From Felis catus (lineage: Eukaryota): a stretch of DNA of 64,000 nt. The position numbers and the translations under genes were made by a program. Of this stretch, positions 12,031 through 24,205 are shown one piece after another (positions within the stretch are counted from its first letter, which is position 1; each line of letters opens with the position of its first letter). The stretch lies in the NCBI RefSeq assembly GCF_018350175.1, contig NC_058368.1:103666001-103730000 (forward strand), read 5' to 3'. Under the pieces are notes generated by a model that worked only from the letters and a program-made list of their open reading frames with translations, did not search any database and was not told where the DNA came from.

Positions 12031-13081
12031 CAGACACTCTTTTTCTTTTTTACTTTACTTTTACAGCCTTTATTTTTTCACTTTAACCTCTTTCCCTCCC
12101 CAAAACCTGAACACACTGCTGTGGAGTTGGCCGGGAGATAGATTAAGGTAATAATAGAACAAGGCCGTAATCATGGTCTATACTTGCCCCAGGAAAGAAA
12201 GGATGACTTAGTGGATGAAGTCCATGTGGCTAGATCCTTCTTCCCTTGGGGTATGTCCTCATGTGGGAGTCTCTTCAACAACCCCTTCAAACAGACTTCT
12301 GTCATGCCACCCAAGAACTCACCAGTTTTGCCCAGAGAATTTGGAACTCCAGAATCAGAGAGAGGATATTGTCTTTTTAAGGAAGCTTTGCAGCGGACAG
12401 GAAAAAGAATCTGCCAAGACGGTCTTAACGGTTTCCAAACACGGTCAGACATGCTTGGACCCCAGGTAGAAACAAAAGGTGGCTAGGATTCCGGATATGC
12501 AGCCTGGTACAATCAAATAGAAAGAAAGCAGGAAAGACAGGGAAAACAGTTTCAAAGCACGCTGTGAGGTTTTCACCTACGCGTAGTGGGATTTTGATGT
12601 GTACACATAGTGGCCTTAATGTGAGTCAGCCGGATATGACAAAGGAAGAAGTTTCAAAGGAGAAGCCTGGGAAAGAATACACCAAAGGCAGTTTGTGGTT
12701 TTAAGAAAGACAGTCTTCCTAGTGGTAGCCTGATGAGAAGTAGTAGCCTACCAGCCCCAAACAGGTGTAAAAACAAATACTTCCTTTCAAATCAAATAGA
12801 TGAGCAAAACAGCAAAAGAAAATCATGAGTGATGATCACACTGGAAAGGTCAGACTATTCACGCAAAGCCACCTATGGCCACAGAAATACTGTTCAGCAG
12901 TGGCTACTGATGAGTACAATCAAAGCAGCCAGGAGTGTTCAGCAGGATCAACATATGAAATGTGACCCTTACTGTCACAGACCCCACCAATGGCAATGTG
13001 TTTATAGAAGTTGATTAGTGAATATATTGACATCCTAGCTATGTGGTCAGGATGGAAGTGCTTCTTTAAAGAAACAGGAGA

Positions 13082-13306
13082 GGGGCGCCTGGGTGGCGCA
13101 GTCGGCTAAGCGTCCGACTTCAGCCAGGTCACGATCTCGCGGTCCGTGAGTTCGAGCCCCGCGTCGGGCTCTGGGCTGATGGCTCAGAGCCTGGAGCCTG
13201 TTTCCGATTCTGTGTCTCCCTCTCTCTCTGCCCCTCCCCCGTTCATGCTCTGTCTCTCTCTGTCCCAAAAATAAATAAACGTTGAAAAAAAAATTAAAAA
13301 AAAAAG
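13082..13306 (+). mobile_element. Very young SINEC_Fc
   Basis: CpG-rich; perfect TSD taaagaaacaggaga (13067-13081 / 13307-13321). Confidence 0.98.
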
Positions 13307-14249
13307 TAAAGAAACAGGAGAAATGCGCATTGGTTAACAAAACAGTGTTCGGCTAAAGCAAACGCAATGTGCTACAGAAAGAAATGCTCACAACAAAGAG
13401 AACAAGTACAACACAACGCATGGCACTTTGTGAGCCCCTTTGCCATTGTTATTGCCACCCAGTGCTAGTAGTAAAGATGGGACCCGTGCATGATGAGGCA
13501 CACTGGCCCACGCTATGACACCATTCTTACTTATCCAGATTTCGACTTACACAGTCGTGGGGCTCCTTGCCTACAGGCTCTCCTTCATAGCTATTCCTAC
13601 TTACAGGTTCACCTATGATTCCTACTGGGCAGAGCCTCAGTCTCAGGGAACTCCCAGGCCCCAACTACATGTCATGATGAAACCAGCCTCCCTCTCTTGA
13701 TAATCTAGACCCTGACGTTAATCCTAAAGCACCAGTCCAGAAACACTTGCCTTCATGGCAAGACCCAAAACAGTAATTCTTGAAGGAGGCATAAGAGTTG
13801 AGAAAGTGAGAATGAGGGAAGAGAATTAGAGACACCAAAACATGGAGACTAAAGGCCCTGGTGTAAGAAATTCTATGATACGTACAGGAACACAGAGGAG
13901 GCCAACACAGAGGAGCCTGGACAAGGAGGCCTCTGGAAGATGAGGCAGCATTCTTGAGAGAAATGATGAGAACCAAGAAATGCATAAAAACAGATAGAGA
14001 AGGGACAGGATATGCCTACAAGATGCTTCCATAGCATTCCATAGTCATTGTTGACTAAGGAGATATGGTGGGAAAGAGAAGGGTTCATTGAGGAGAAATC
14101 TTATCTTTCAGCTTAGGCTCTCAGATGGGTGGTAAGGCCATAAGTGTGATAGGAAATTCAGGAAGAGATGCAAGTTTAAGGGTGGAAACACAAAAGGTAT
14201 CTGTATGATATACATGTAAAAAGATTTTCTTTGTTCTGAGGCATAAGGG

Positions 14250-14450
14250 TAGGATTGCTAGATAAAATGCAAGATGCACGGCGAAAATTGAATTTCAGAT
14301 CAACAACAAATAGCTGTTTAGTATAAGAATGCCCCCTGCAATATACGGGGCATACATAAACTAAAAAAAAAATAAAACTCCTTGCTGTTATCCTGAAATT
14401 GAGACTTAACTGGGTATTCGTATTTTTACTTGCTAAATCTGCCAACTCCA
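14250..14450 (+). mobile_element. MER53-like palindromic non-autonomous DNA transposon
   Basis: taggattgctagataaaatgcaag...ttgaatttcagat...tgaaattgagacttaactggg...ttgctaaatctgccaac; the two halves are decayed inverted copies. Confidence 0.8.
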
Positions 14451-14570
14451 CTCAAGACAAGGGTTAAGATTAAAGATGTATTATTCAAGTACATATTAAA
14501 ATTCAGCTACACTACTGGAAAAAGAACATAGTAGAAAGAATCTCTCCTCAATTTTAAGACTTACTATATA

Positions 14571-14770
14571 GGGGCGCCTGGGTGACTGAATCAGTTAAGC
14601 ACCTGACTTCGGCTCAGGTCATGATCTCATGCTTTGTGAGTTCAAGCCCCGCGTCAGGCTCTGTGTTGACAGCCTGCTTCGGATTCCATGTCTCCCTCTC
14701 TTTCTGCCCCTCCCCCACTCGGACTCTTTTTCTCTCTCTCTCAAAAATAAATAAACATTTAAAGAAATTC
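14571..14770 (+). mobile_element. CanSINE inserted in L1
   Basis: SINE body; TSD taagacttacta. Confidence 0.95.
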
Positions 14771-15752
14771 ATAAGACTTACTACCATGCGGTACCAGCAG
14801 AGAAACAGACACAGGTAGATCAATGGAGCAAAATAAAGAACCCAGAATACACCCACGCAAATGTGTCCAATTGATGTTTGACAAGAATAAAAAAGCAATT
14901 CAGTGGATGAAGGATTGTCCCTTCAACACAGGGTGCCTGCACTATTGAACATCAATAGCTTTAAAACAAAAAAAAACTATCCTTGACTGAAACCTATACC
15001 TCATATAAAAATTAACTCAAAATTGGTCACAAACATAAATGCAGAAAGTAAGACTATAAAACTTTTAGGAGAGAACACAGGATGAAATCTTCATACCAGG
15101 CAAAGAGCTCTTAGATATGACTCTATCCATAAAAAGAAATATTGATAAATTGGACCTGGCCAAAATTTAAAAAAAAAAAGCATTTACCCTTAAAAGACAA
15201 TGTCAACAAGTTGAAAAGATAAGTCACCAACTGGGAGAAAATATTTGCAAACCACATACCCATCAGAGGATTCCTGCCCAGAATATGGAAAGAACTGCCT
15301 AAACCCAACAGTAAAAAAAAGCATTCAATTATAAAAGGGGCAAATACATTGAACAGCTCATCAAAGAAAATATACGGATGGCAAATAAACACATGTAAAG
15401 GTGTTCAATATTGCTAGCCATTAGGGAAAAGATAGTTTAAAATACAGGATACCCCAACACATCTATAAAAATTGTAATTAGAAAACTGATAACACCAAAT
15501 GCTAGTGAAGATGTATAGAAACTGAATCACTCACACATTGCTGGTGGGGCACAGCAAAGGCACTTCTGGGCATTTATCCTAGAAAAATCAAAACTCACAC
15601 TCACACAAAACCCATGGATGAACGATCATAGCAGCTTTATTTGTAAGAGCTAAAATCTACCAAATGTCCTACAACAGGTAAAATGATTAAGCAATGTGTG
15701 CTGCATTGACACAGTGGACTACTTACTACTCACCAATTAAAAAAAAAAATAC

Positions 15753-15756
<4 letters not shown>

Positions 15757-15794
<38 letters not shown>
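15757..15794. repeat. (CA)n microsatellite
   Basis: Direct observation. Confidence 0.97.
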
Positions 15795-15796
<2 letters not shown>

Positions 15797-16300
15797 CAAC
15801 TTGGATGCCTCATAAGAACATTATGCTGGGTCAAATGCCAATCTAAAAAAGTTGCACACCGTATAGTTCCACTTATATGGAATTTGTGCAATGGCAAAAT
15901 TATATCAAGGGAAAGCAGACATGTAGTTGCCAAAGATTAGGGAAGAAGTAGGAGAGTGTGGTTATACAGAGGCAGCACAAGCAAGTTGTTTGTGATGAAG
16001 GAATAGTTCTGTATCTTGATTATAATGGTAATCATATGAATCCATATATGTGATACAATATGATAAAATTGTACACAAGGACATGCAAAAAAAAAACCCT
16101 AAGTGCATGAAAAAAAGTGGTGAAGTGCCAGTAAGATCTATGGTCTAATTCATCATGTTGTGTCATTCAATTTCCTGGTTAGGCTAATGCACTAAAATTA
16201 TATAAGCTGCTGCCACTGGAGAAGCTGGGCAATGGGTATGGGGAGTTTGTCTACTTTTGCAATTTCTTGTGACTCCGTAATTTTTTTTTTAGTTTTTTTA

Positions 16301-16458
16301 GGGGCGCCAGGGTGGCTCAGTAGGTTAAGCATGGCTCAAGTCATGATCTCACTGTTTGTGGGTTTGAGCCCCAAGTCCAGCTCTGGGCTGACAGCTCAGA
16401 ACTTGGAGCCTGCTTTGGATTCTGTGTCTCCCACTATCTCTGCGCCTCCCCCGCTAGC

Positions 16459-16491
<33 letters not shown>

Positions 16492-16540
16492 CTCAAAAAT
16501 AATAAACAAAAAAAATAAATTAATTAATTAAATTAAATTT
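16301..16540 (+). mobile_element. CanSINE with (TG)n
   Basis: ggggcgccagggtggctcag head, (TG)n linker, A tail. Confidence 0.93.
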
Positions 16541-16550
16541 TAAAAAGTTT

Positions 16551-16769
16551 TTTTTTAATTTTTTTTCAACGTTTATTTATTTTGGGGACAGAGAGAGACA
16601 GAGCATGAACGGGGGAGGGGCAGAGAGAGAGGGAGACACAGAATGGGAAACAGGCTCCAGGCTCTGAGCCATCAGCCCAGAGCCTGACGCGGGGCTCGAA
16701 CTCACGGACCGCGAGATCGTGACCTGGCTGAAGTCGGACGCTTAACCGACTGCGCCACCCAGGCGCCCC
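16551..16769 (-). mobile_element. Very young SINEC_Fc inserted in the tail of the preceding SINE
   Basis: CpG-rich; TSD taaaaagttttttt. Confidence 0.97.
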
Positions 16770-16802
16770 TAAAAAGTTTTTTTTTTTTAATTGTGCTTGT
16801 CA

Positions 16803-17020
16803 GGGGCGCCAGGGTGGCTGAGTCGGTTGAGCTCTGACTTTGCCTCAGGTCATGATCTCACAGCTTGAGTTCAAGCCCCACATCGGGTTCTGTGCTGACA
16901 GCTCGGAGCCCGGAGCTTGCTTCGGATTCTGTGTCTCCCTCTCTGTCTGCCCCTAACCCACTCGCATTCTGTCTCTGTCTCTCTCAAAAATAAATAAACA
17001 TTAAAAAATTTAAAAAAAAA
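16803..17020 (+). mobile_element. CanSINE
   Basis: SINE body; TSD aattgtgcttgt. Confidence 0.95.
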
Positions 17021-17129
17021 TTGTGCTTGTTGGATAGAAGTGAGAGCACTAAGAGAGGATAAATTTACTCCCAGAGAGAAGTGTTTACAATGACAAGTTC
17101 TGAGAATAGACTCCTGGCAGACAATATGC

Positions 17130-17550
17130 AAAGATATCACAGAGGAAGAAGTCCCAATAGAGGAGAGTGAGTGTCATGGCATGAAAGCCAAAGGAAAATA
17201 GCTTTCCACACGCACACAAGGGCAATCAACAGCGTCAAGTGCTGTAGGTGGAGCTACAGCCGCCTGGGGGTGAAAGTGACCAGGTAACTAACAGCAAAGG
17301 GGCAAAAGGAAACAGAAACAGCGAGTGAACTCTTCCAAGAAATTTAACGAGGGAAGAGGAAAAAACAGGAGATTAAGTGGAGATGAAGAAAGATTACACT
17401 TGATTTAGGTATACTTAAAAATGAGGAGTCGCGTAGAGAGGGAGAGAGTTTGCATATTCAAGAAAGGGAGAAAATAAATGACAGGAAGCACACCCAGAAA
17501 GGGCAGAGGAGGTGGGACCAAGTGTTTGGATTGAAGGTTCAGCCTCCTAG
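17130..17550 (-). mobile_element. L2 fragment (decayed)
   Basis: Purine-rich gagtgtcatggcatgaaagccaaagg...gcaatcaacagcgtcaagtgctg, typical of antisense L2. Confidence 0.55.
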
Positions 17551-18571
17551 AAACAAAGTCTGGTTCTGTTTCACACAGACGTGATTCACTATGACCAAAT
17601 CAGAGACGCAAATATTTGAATTCTGAAAAACATCCTTGCATGAATGGTTGCTATTGGGTTTCGTAATTAATAACATACTTTAGAAAACAATCCCAGCCTA
17701 GATTTCATGAATCAAAACTAAAACTGGCCATTATAATTATGTTTTGCCTGAAGGCGTATAATTCTTATTTAGGAATCTGGTGAAGGCAATTCCCTCCAGG
17801 CCATCAGGACACAGGCTTGTTGAACATGTGCTGACTTCTAACCCTAAAACAGAATGATGCTATGAATAATTTTGCTTTCCTCTACATGCTTCGCTAGTCT
17901 CTCCGAAATTCTGGAATACCTATATACATAAGAATGCTAAGGTAGAACTTGTTTTATATGTAAATCACATTAAAAATAAATAGATTATGTATTAAAGTCT
18001 TACAAAGCTCAGAATCAGTTCTTTCTAAGGGGGATATTTAACACTAAGACTTGTTCAGTCATTAAGTGATGATAAATTGCACTTATGTGTGAAGCGAAGC
18101 TCGTTGACATTAACCTTGCTCGAAATACTACATTGGTCATCTACATTTGTGACAGGCATTAGAGACCAATGCCTGGTGATGGAACAAAATAGTCTGTAGG
18201 GAACAGAAGCTGGGTTTTTAGAGAAAGCATCTGAAAGTCATCAAAGTACTGTGAAATGGCTAACAATATTTTATAGATGAAAGGAAGACAAGAAGCTTGA
18301 ACAATTGGGGGAGGGGAGGCTTTCTTATTTCCATTTGTTTGGGTCATAGCTTTGAACCATATTTTCTGCATAAGCGCATCTGGCACCAAATGTATCAGGG
18401 TCAAGTGTGATATGGTAGCAAACACACAGACATGAAAGTTCTAGAAGGATACCCACTAGACTACTGAGCAACGTTGTCTCTGAAAAACAGATACAAATTC
18501 TATACATTTCTACATATGTTTAGCCTTTTCTCTAATAAGCATGTGTTCATGTTTACTTGTATCATTGAATA

Positions 18572-18902
18572 GAGTTGACCCCTGAGCAACACGGGTTTGA
18601 ACTACACAGGTCCACTTACACGTGCATACCTTTCAATAAATACAGCACAGTATTATAAATGTATTTTCTCTCCAGTATGATTTTCTTAATAACATTCTCT
18701 TTTCCCTAGGTTACTTTATTGTAAGAATACATATAAAACATATATCAATATATGTTAATCAACTATTTATGCTATCAGTAAGGCTTCCAGTCAACAGTAG
18801 GCTATTTGTAGTTAAGTTTTGGGGGAGTCAAAAGTTATATGTGAATTTTTGACCATGTGAAGGTCAGAACCCCTAACCTCTGCATTGTTCAAGGGTCAAC
18901 TA
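18572..18902 (+). mobile_element. Tigger2a/MER28-like MITE
   Basis: TIRs gagttgacccctgagcaac / ttgttcaagggtcaacta flanked by TA on both sides. Confidence 0.88.
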
Positions 18903-18915
18903 TAAATAATGTATA

Positions 18916-19120
18916 TGGGTGCCTGGGTGGCTCAGTCAGTTAAGCGTCCAACTTCAGATCAGGTCATGATCTCACGGTTTGTGGGTTTGAGACCTGCATC
19001 AGGCTCTGCGCTGACAGCTTGGATCCTGGAGCCTGCTTTGGATTCTATGTCTCCCTCTCTCTCTGACCCTCCTCCACTCAGACTCTTTCAAAAAATGAAT
19101 AAACGTTAAAAAAAATTTTT
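18916..19120 (+). mobile_element. CanSINE
   Basis: SINE body; TSD aataatgtata. Confidence 0.95.
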
Positions 19121-19382
19121 TTAATAATGTATAAGATAAAATAAAATGTTAACAAAAACATTTTATACATTAATAATTAATTAATACATTTTATACATTA
19201 CTTAATTATACATTAATTAATATTAAAAACATTAATGCATTAATTAATACATTAATACCCATATCTCAGCATAAAAATAATGACTAACTGAAGTAACACA
19301 CGACGTAATCAGTCAATGCAAGTTAGTCATTATTATTATTCTATTTTGCCAAGATACAACATATGATCCTCTTAAATGGACC

Positions 19383-20067
19383 ATAGCAGATAAAAGATGG
19401 CTGCAAATTGACACTCTTCCCATCAAGAAGTGGGGCCTATCTCTACTCTTGTTGAATCTGAACAGGCCCATTACTACTCTGACCAATAAAGTATGATGGA
19501 AGCAATGCCAACCTGGTTCTCAGGCCAGGCTTTAAGAGGATTGGCAGCCTTTTTTACAGTCTCATGATCCCTAGGTCACTAGGTAAGAAAGCTACCTACC
19601 CGTAGGCCACCATACTCTGAGAAACCCTGGAGGATAAGACACTATGTGGTGAGAAAAAGAGAGCAAGTCTCACCAAGCACCAGGTACATGAATAAGGACG
19701 CCATCTTGAAAACCATACCTGGTAAATGGATACAAAGTATTCAACTAAACATATCAGACCTACAAGATTGTGAGAAAAACCCAAATGGTTTTTTTTTTTA
19801 TTTGTTTATTTTTGGGACAGAGAGAGACAGAGCATGAACGGGGGAGGGGCAGAGAGAGAGGGAGACACAGAATCGGAAACAGGCTCCAGGCTCTGAGCCG
19901 TCAGCCCAGAGCCCGACGCGGGGCTTGAACTCACGGACCGCGAGATAGTGACCTGGCTGAAGTCGGACGCTGAACCGACTGCTCCACCCAGGCGCCCCAA
20001 AACCCAAATGGTTTTTAACCTCTGAGATTTGAGGTAGTTTGTTATAAAAGTACAGATAACCAAAACA
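19383..20067 (+). mobile_element. MaLR solo LTR (MLT1F/G/H-like) interrupted by a young SINE
   Basis: aaagatggctgcaaat...cttcccatcaagaagtgggg...ctctgaccaataaagtatgatggaag; 3' end tttgaggtagtttgttat...cagataaccaaaaca. Confidence 0.78.
19794..19998 (-). mobile_element. Very young SINEC_Fc
   Basis: CpG-rich; perfect TSD aaaacccaaatggttttt. Confidence 0.97.
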
Positions 20068-20889
20068 GCATCTTTAATGGGAACTTCACCTGTCTTCTTT
20101 TCCTATCTGCATTTTCCAATTTTCTACAGGAATCGCATAATTCCTTGGCACACAAACAAATTATAAACTGGGGAAATTCTTTTAATTTAAGTGAAAAGTC
20201 TGAAAGAAGATGGAATAGTTTCCAAAGTTCTCCACAAAAACAACGAACACCATTGGATATTTCTAAAGATGTTAAATGACCCTTTAAGTAGCTGCGGAAG
20301 CAATGAGAATTACAGGGCTGAAATTTTGTACAAGGGGGAAACTCTAGGTGTTGAGCTAATGAGCTGCAGTTGTCTGTTCCCTGAGGAAATTGTTGACATT
20401 CGGCATATGCTAGAGCCTGACAATCTAGGCTTTGCCCAGATAGAGGCTCACTGCTTGGGGACAGTGAAAGGAGAAGAGCTTTTGGTGGTACTACGGGAAA
20501 ACAGTAATAAATCCGGAGGCTTTGAAGGACCTCAACACATAGCTCGTTTTCCCCTCAAGCCATTTGCCAAATGTTGAAAGTAGAGTAGGGTTTGTTGCTT
20601 TCTAACTATACTGAAGTTTTCTAAAAAAAAAAAAACAAAAAAAAAAAACTGAAGAAAATGTTATGCAGTCTCCTAGCCTACGGAAGGAAAAAAGCTCACC
20701 AAGGTGACAAAGTTCATATACACACCAGCTGAAAACCCTGGGGGAGACAGTGAACAGACTATCTGTAGCTGCATTTTCCCTGGGGGTCTTCATCAATTCT
20801 GAACCTAGGACAGAATCTGAGAATTGAAGGCAGAGAAACCAAAGAAATGTTGGTGGTCTCAACAGAGCTAGGGTAAGCAACTAGGTAAC

Positions 20890-21380
20890 TCCAAATAAAA
20901 GGCTAAATTTATCGGGGTGGATAAAAATAAAAAGCAAGCCACATGCTGCTTATAAGAAATATGCCTTGAATATGAGGACAACAAAATGGCAAACCTAAAA
21001 TGGAAAAATGCACCATGCGTGTGCTAACCAAAAGAAAGCCGGAGCAACCATACAAATGCAAAGAGAGTTGACTTTAGGCAGGAAGAAAAACTAGAGAAAC
21101 AGAATATTTCGTCATGATAATGTGGCCAGCACAACAGTAAAACAACAATTCGAATTCTGTATGTTCACCATAAAATATCTTCAAAATATATAAAGTGAAA
21201 ACGGACAGAACTTTAAAAAGAGACATGGGTACATTCACAGCATGGAGACATTAACACAAGTCTTGCAAAAGTTGATAGAATAGGCAAACAAAAACAAGTC
21301 GGGAGGACACATGAGTTAACATCAAGTATGATTAACAAAACTGACTTATGTACATACTATAGACATATATAGCAGTGAAG
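20890..21380 (+). mobile_element. Ancient L1 ORF2 endonuclease-region fragment
   Basis: atgctgcttataagaaat...tggaaaaa...gctaaccaaaagaaagccggag...gacttt...catggagacattaacac. Confidence 0.7.
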
Positions 21381-21398
21381 TAAAACAAAAGCCAATGG

Positions 21399-21627
21399 GG
21401 GGCGCCTGGGTGGCTCAGTCAGTTAAGCGTCCGACTTCGGCTCAGGTCACGATCTTGCGGTCCGTGAGTTCAAGCCCCGCATCAGGCTCTGTGCTGACGG
21501 CTCAGAGCCTGGAGCCTGTTTCAGATTCTGTGTCTCCCTCTCTCTCTGACCCTCCCCCGTTCATGCTCTGTCTCTCTCTGTCTCAAAAATAAATAAACGT
21601 TAAAAAAAATTAAAAACAAAAAAACAA
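21399..21627 (+). mobile_element. CanSINE (fairly young)
   Basis: TSD aaaacaaaagccaatgg. Confidence 0.96.
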
Positions 21628-23298
21628 AAAACAAAAGCCAATGGTTCAGAAGAGAAGAGGAAAAGAATGTCTACTCTAGGTGGTTGAAGATCCAGTGCCC
21701 ACGATGGAAATTTTAGAATTCACTGTTCCAGTCCTCGTTCTTATCATTGTAGTTATGAGAGATAATCCCATGAGAAGGAAAGGAGTATTTCTTAGTAAAT
21801 GAAATGTCATTCTATTGGTCTAAAAATTCAGTGCTTTCTCCAAAGATATGACTCTTATACTCCATTCTTCCGATAAAACCCCTTAAATTCTGTTCAGATT
21901 CCCCTCTCAGAACCATACAAAGTCAGCAGGAACAACAAGAAGTCACGTCTTCCCTTTCTCCCAAATACAGGCCCAATAAAAACTGAAGAAACTATAAATT
22001 ACACACCAACTTCCACCCAGGTTTCATCTCTGCAGTAAGCCCCGACTTCCTCACTTGGATTTATGTGCATACTGCTTTCTCTCAGGAATTTTTAAGGGAC
22101 GGTTAGTTGGCCCAAATTCAAGTCAGTCACACTGCTTGCCAGATAAAAACAGTCTCCAGTGTGTCTTTTCCTGTTTTGATGCATATTTTCTTTTGAATAC
22201 CTTATAAAGTTTATGGTTCTTCAAGTCCCAGAAAAATGCCCACCCTTTGCTGCACTTCTAGTTACCCTTTACCTCTAAAAGATCCTTGGTTTGCCAATTA
22301 AATGCGAATTTCTAGGCCAACTGAATTATATTAATCTGTAAGTTTTCTTAAGTTAATAAAATTGGTTGTTAATAATCATGTAGGACCAACATAGAATAGG
22401 ATAAATCCAAACTTTTATGACCATTAGTAGGCAGTAGCTGAAGAAATCAATCATCAGAATGTATCTTCTTATAAAACAATAAAATGCTATGAATGAAGGA
22501 CCAAGTCACAGACAACTGATGCTTTTTCCTCAGTTTCTGGTGCCTCTCCCCTCCCTAAATATTTGGATTATATCAAAAACTCAGGTATCAACAGCAATTC
22601 CTCAAGGAACTCTTAAATCACAGTAGCATATTCCCTTTTATAAGGTCTCCACTTAAAGTCCTAAACAATGTCTACCTATAAAATGAACTGAGGAACTTAT
22701 CAATCACAAAGCCACAGTCATTCATCAATATTTTGTAAGGATTTATAGAAGTGGATGGTCCCTACACTTAGAAGGCTCTCATGCGTGCTATGAGAAACTT
22801 TAGAATTCTCTTTGCATTACGTTTTAATAATATGGTTCCCTAGGCTGTAGAGGGTAATTGTACTACCTGAAGCCAAATGAAACATTAACAATTTTATTTC
22901 ACTTAAAATGTGTTTCTATTGCAAATAATTAATCCATTTGTGCAAAAAAAAGAGAAGGGAGTAAACAACAGGCGGTGTCTTTGAGTAAGGTCCCTATTAA
23001 TATTCCAACCATAACTTCATTTTAAGTCGGAGCCTTTTTTTCCATTTGTTCATTTCGTGGTCAAATCAAATAACCATACGAGTTTTATTTACTCCTCATT
23101 GTAGAATGTGACTAATTATTAGACTCGAGAATAAAAAGGAACACGCTTTTGAAACAAAAACCATCACACTGAGGCATTGTTTAATCAGATCCTTGACAGA
23201 CTCCTCCTCTCCTCACCCAAACCTTTCTACATACCATGCTGGCTCAAGAAAACAAGTGGATAAAAAAGCTCTTTCTGTCAGGATGTAAGATAACTTAC

Positions 23299-23328
23299 CA
23301 CTCACAATGATTGGCGATAATATATTGC
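23299..23328 (-). other. Candidate 30-nt micro-exon (unverified)
   Basis: Minus strand reads cctcccttaacattccag|GCAATATATTATCGCCAATCATTGTGAGTG|gtaagt; length is divisible by 3. Confidence 0.2.
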
Positions 23329-23558
23329 CTGGAATGTTAAGGGAGGCACATGACAGGGATGAAGCAAACAATATATTTCATAAAGCCGCAAAGGCGTAAA
23401 TTAAGACTTCAGGTAATAGGGACGACAAAAAGGCATCGCGTAGGTCTGAAAGGTAAGTGTGATGGTTCTGACAAAATGTGCTGTAACATCCAGCAGGGTA
23501 GTGACAGGTGATACAGCACACAGCGCCTAGCACGGCACTAACAGGACACCACAGTCCT

Positions 23559-23607
23559 TGCTACAGTCAGGTAAAAGGCAGGTGCTACAGTCAGGTAAAA
23601 GGCAGGT
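23559..23607. repeat. Perfect 24-bp tandem duplication
   Basis: tgctacagtcaggtaaaaggcagg x2. Confidence 0.97.
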
Positions 23608-24205
23608 TCAGAACACATCCATTAAATTAGTTTAATAGAGTATGGGCTGCAGTGTCCTTGCTGGAGTGTCTAGGAAGCATGGTGTAGTGCCCCTCGCAGG
23701 TTTGCTGAACTATTATTGATCTAGGGTAAATCTTCGCTCGCTCATGCGTGAAGTGCTAACCTTTGTTCAACCCTGAGCATATTTCTCTCAGATATTTCCA
23801 CTCATTACTCCAAACCTTCCCAGCTGCAAAAAGCAGAGGCGGCTGCATTTTGGCTATTTCAGTGCAATGCTAGGATCTGCAGGGTGGTCTTCCCATGCTG
23901 CATAAGGAAGAGGCGTGTGGGTCACTCTCCTCTGACAGCCCTAGGGTCTGTGCTGTTTCGTTCTCAGAGAGAGTCATAGAAAATGAGAACCTGGAACGTG
24001 AGTTTCTGCCTTATACTCGTTTGCTGCTTATGGTGTCAGCAAGTACTCAGACATCACACATGCTCCTCAGAGATGCTTTTCAGAGAAGACAAAACAAAGT
24101 ACACACAGACATGAGAGAGAGAGAGAGAATCTTACATAGACAGATTATAGAGATAGAGATATATCTACAGCTATAGATTACTATATAGCTATAAAATTAC
24201 TCCCT

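Larger units (their letters stand above)
14520..16285 (+). mobile_element. Old L1 (L1MB/MC-type) ORF2 3' part and 3'UTR, with inserted SINE and (CA)n
   Basis: acagacacaggtagatcaatggagcaaaataaagaacccagaa, aaaattaactcaaaattgg, ctgggagaaaatatttgcaaacc, catagcagctttatttgtaa. Confidence 0.88.

Noticed and set aside
12171..12486. Three overlapping 84-100 aa ORFs
   Set aside because: No recognisable domain or convincing splice context; the length is compatible with chance.
13082..13165. tRNA-like A/B boxes
   Set aside because: This is the tRNA-derived SINE head, not a tRNA gene.
20191..20577. 128-aa ORF
   Set aside because: GTG start, no recognisable homology, and no supported exon boundaries.
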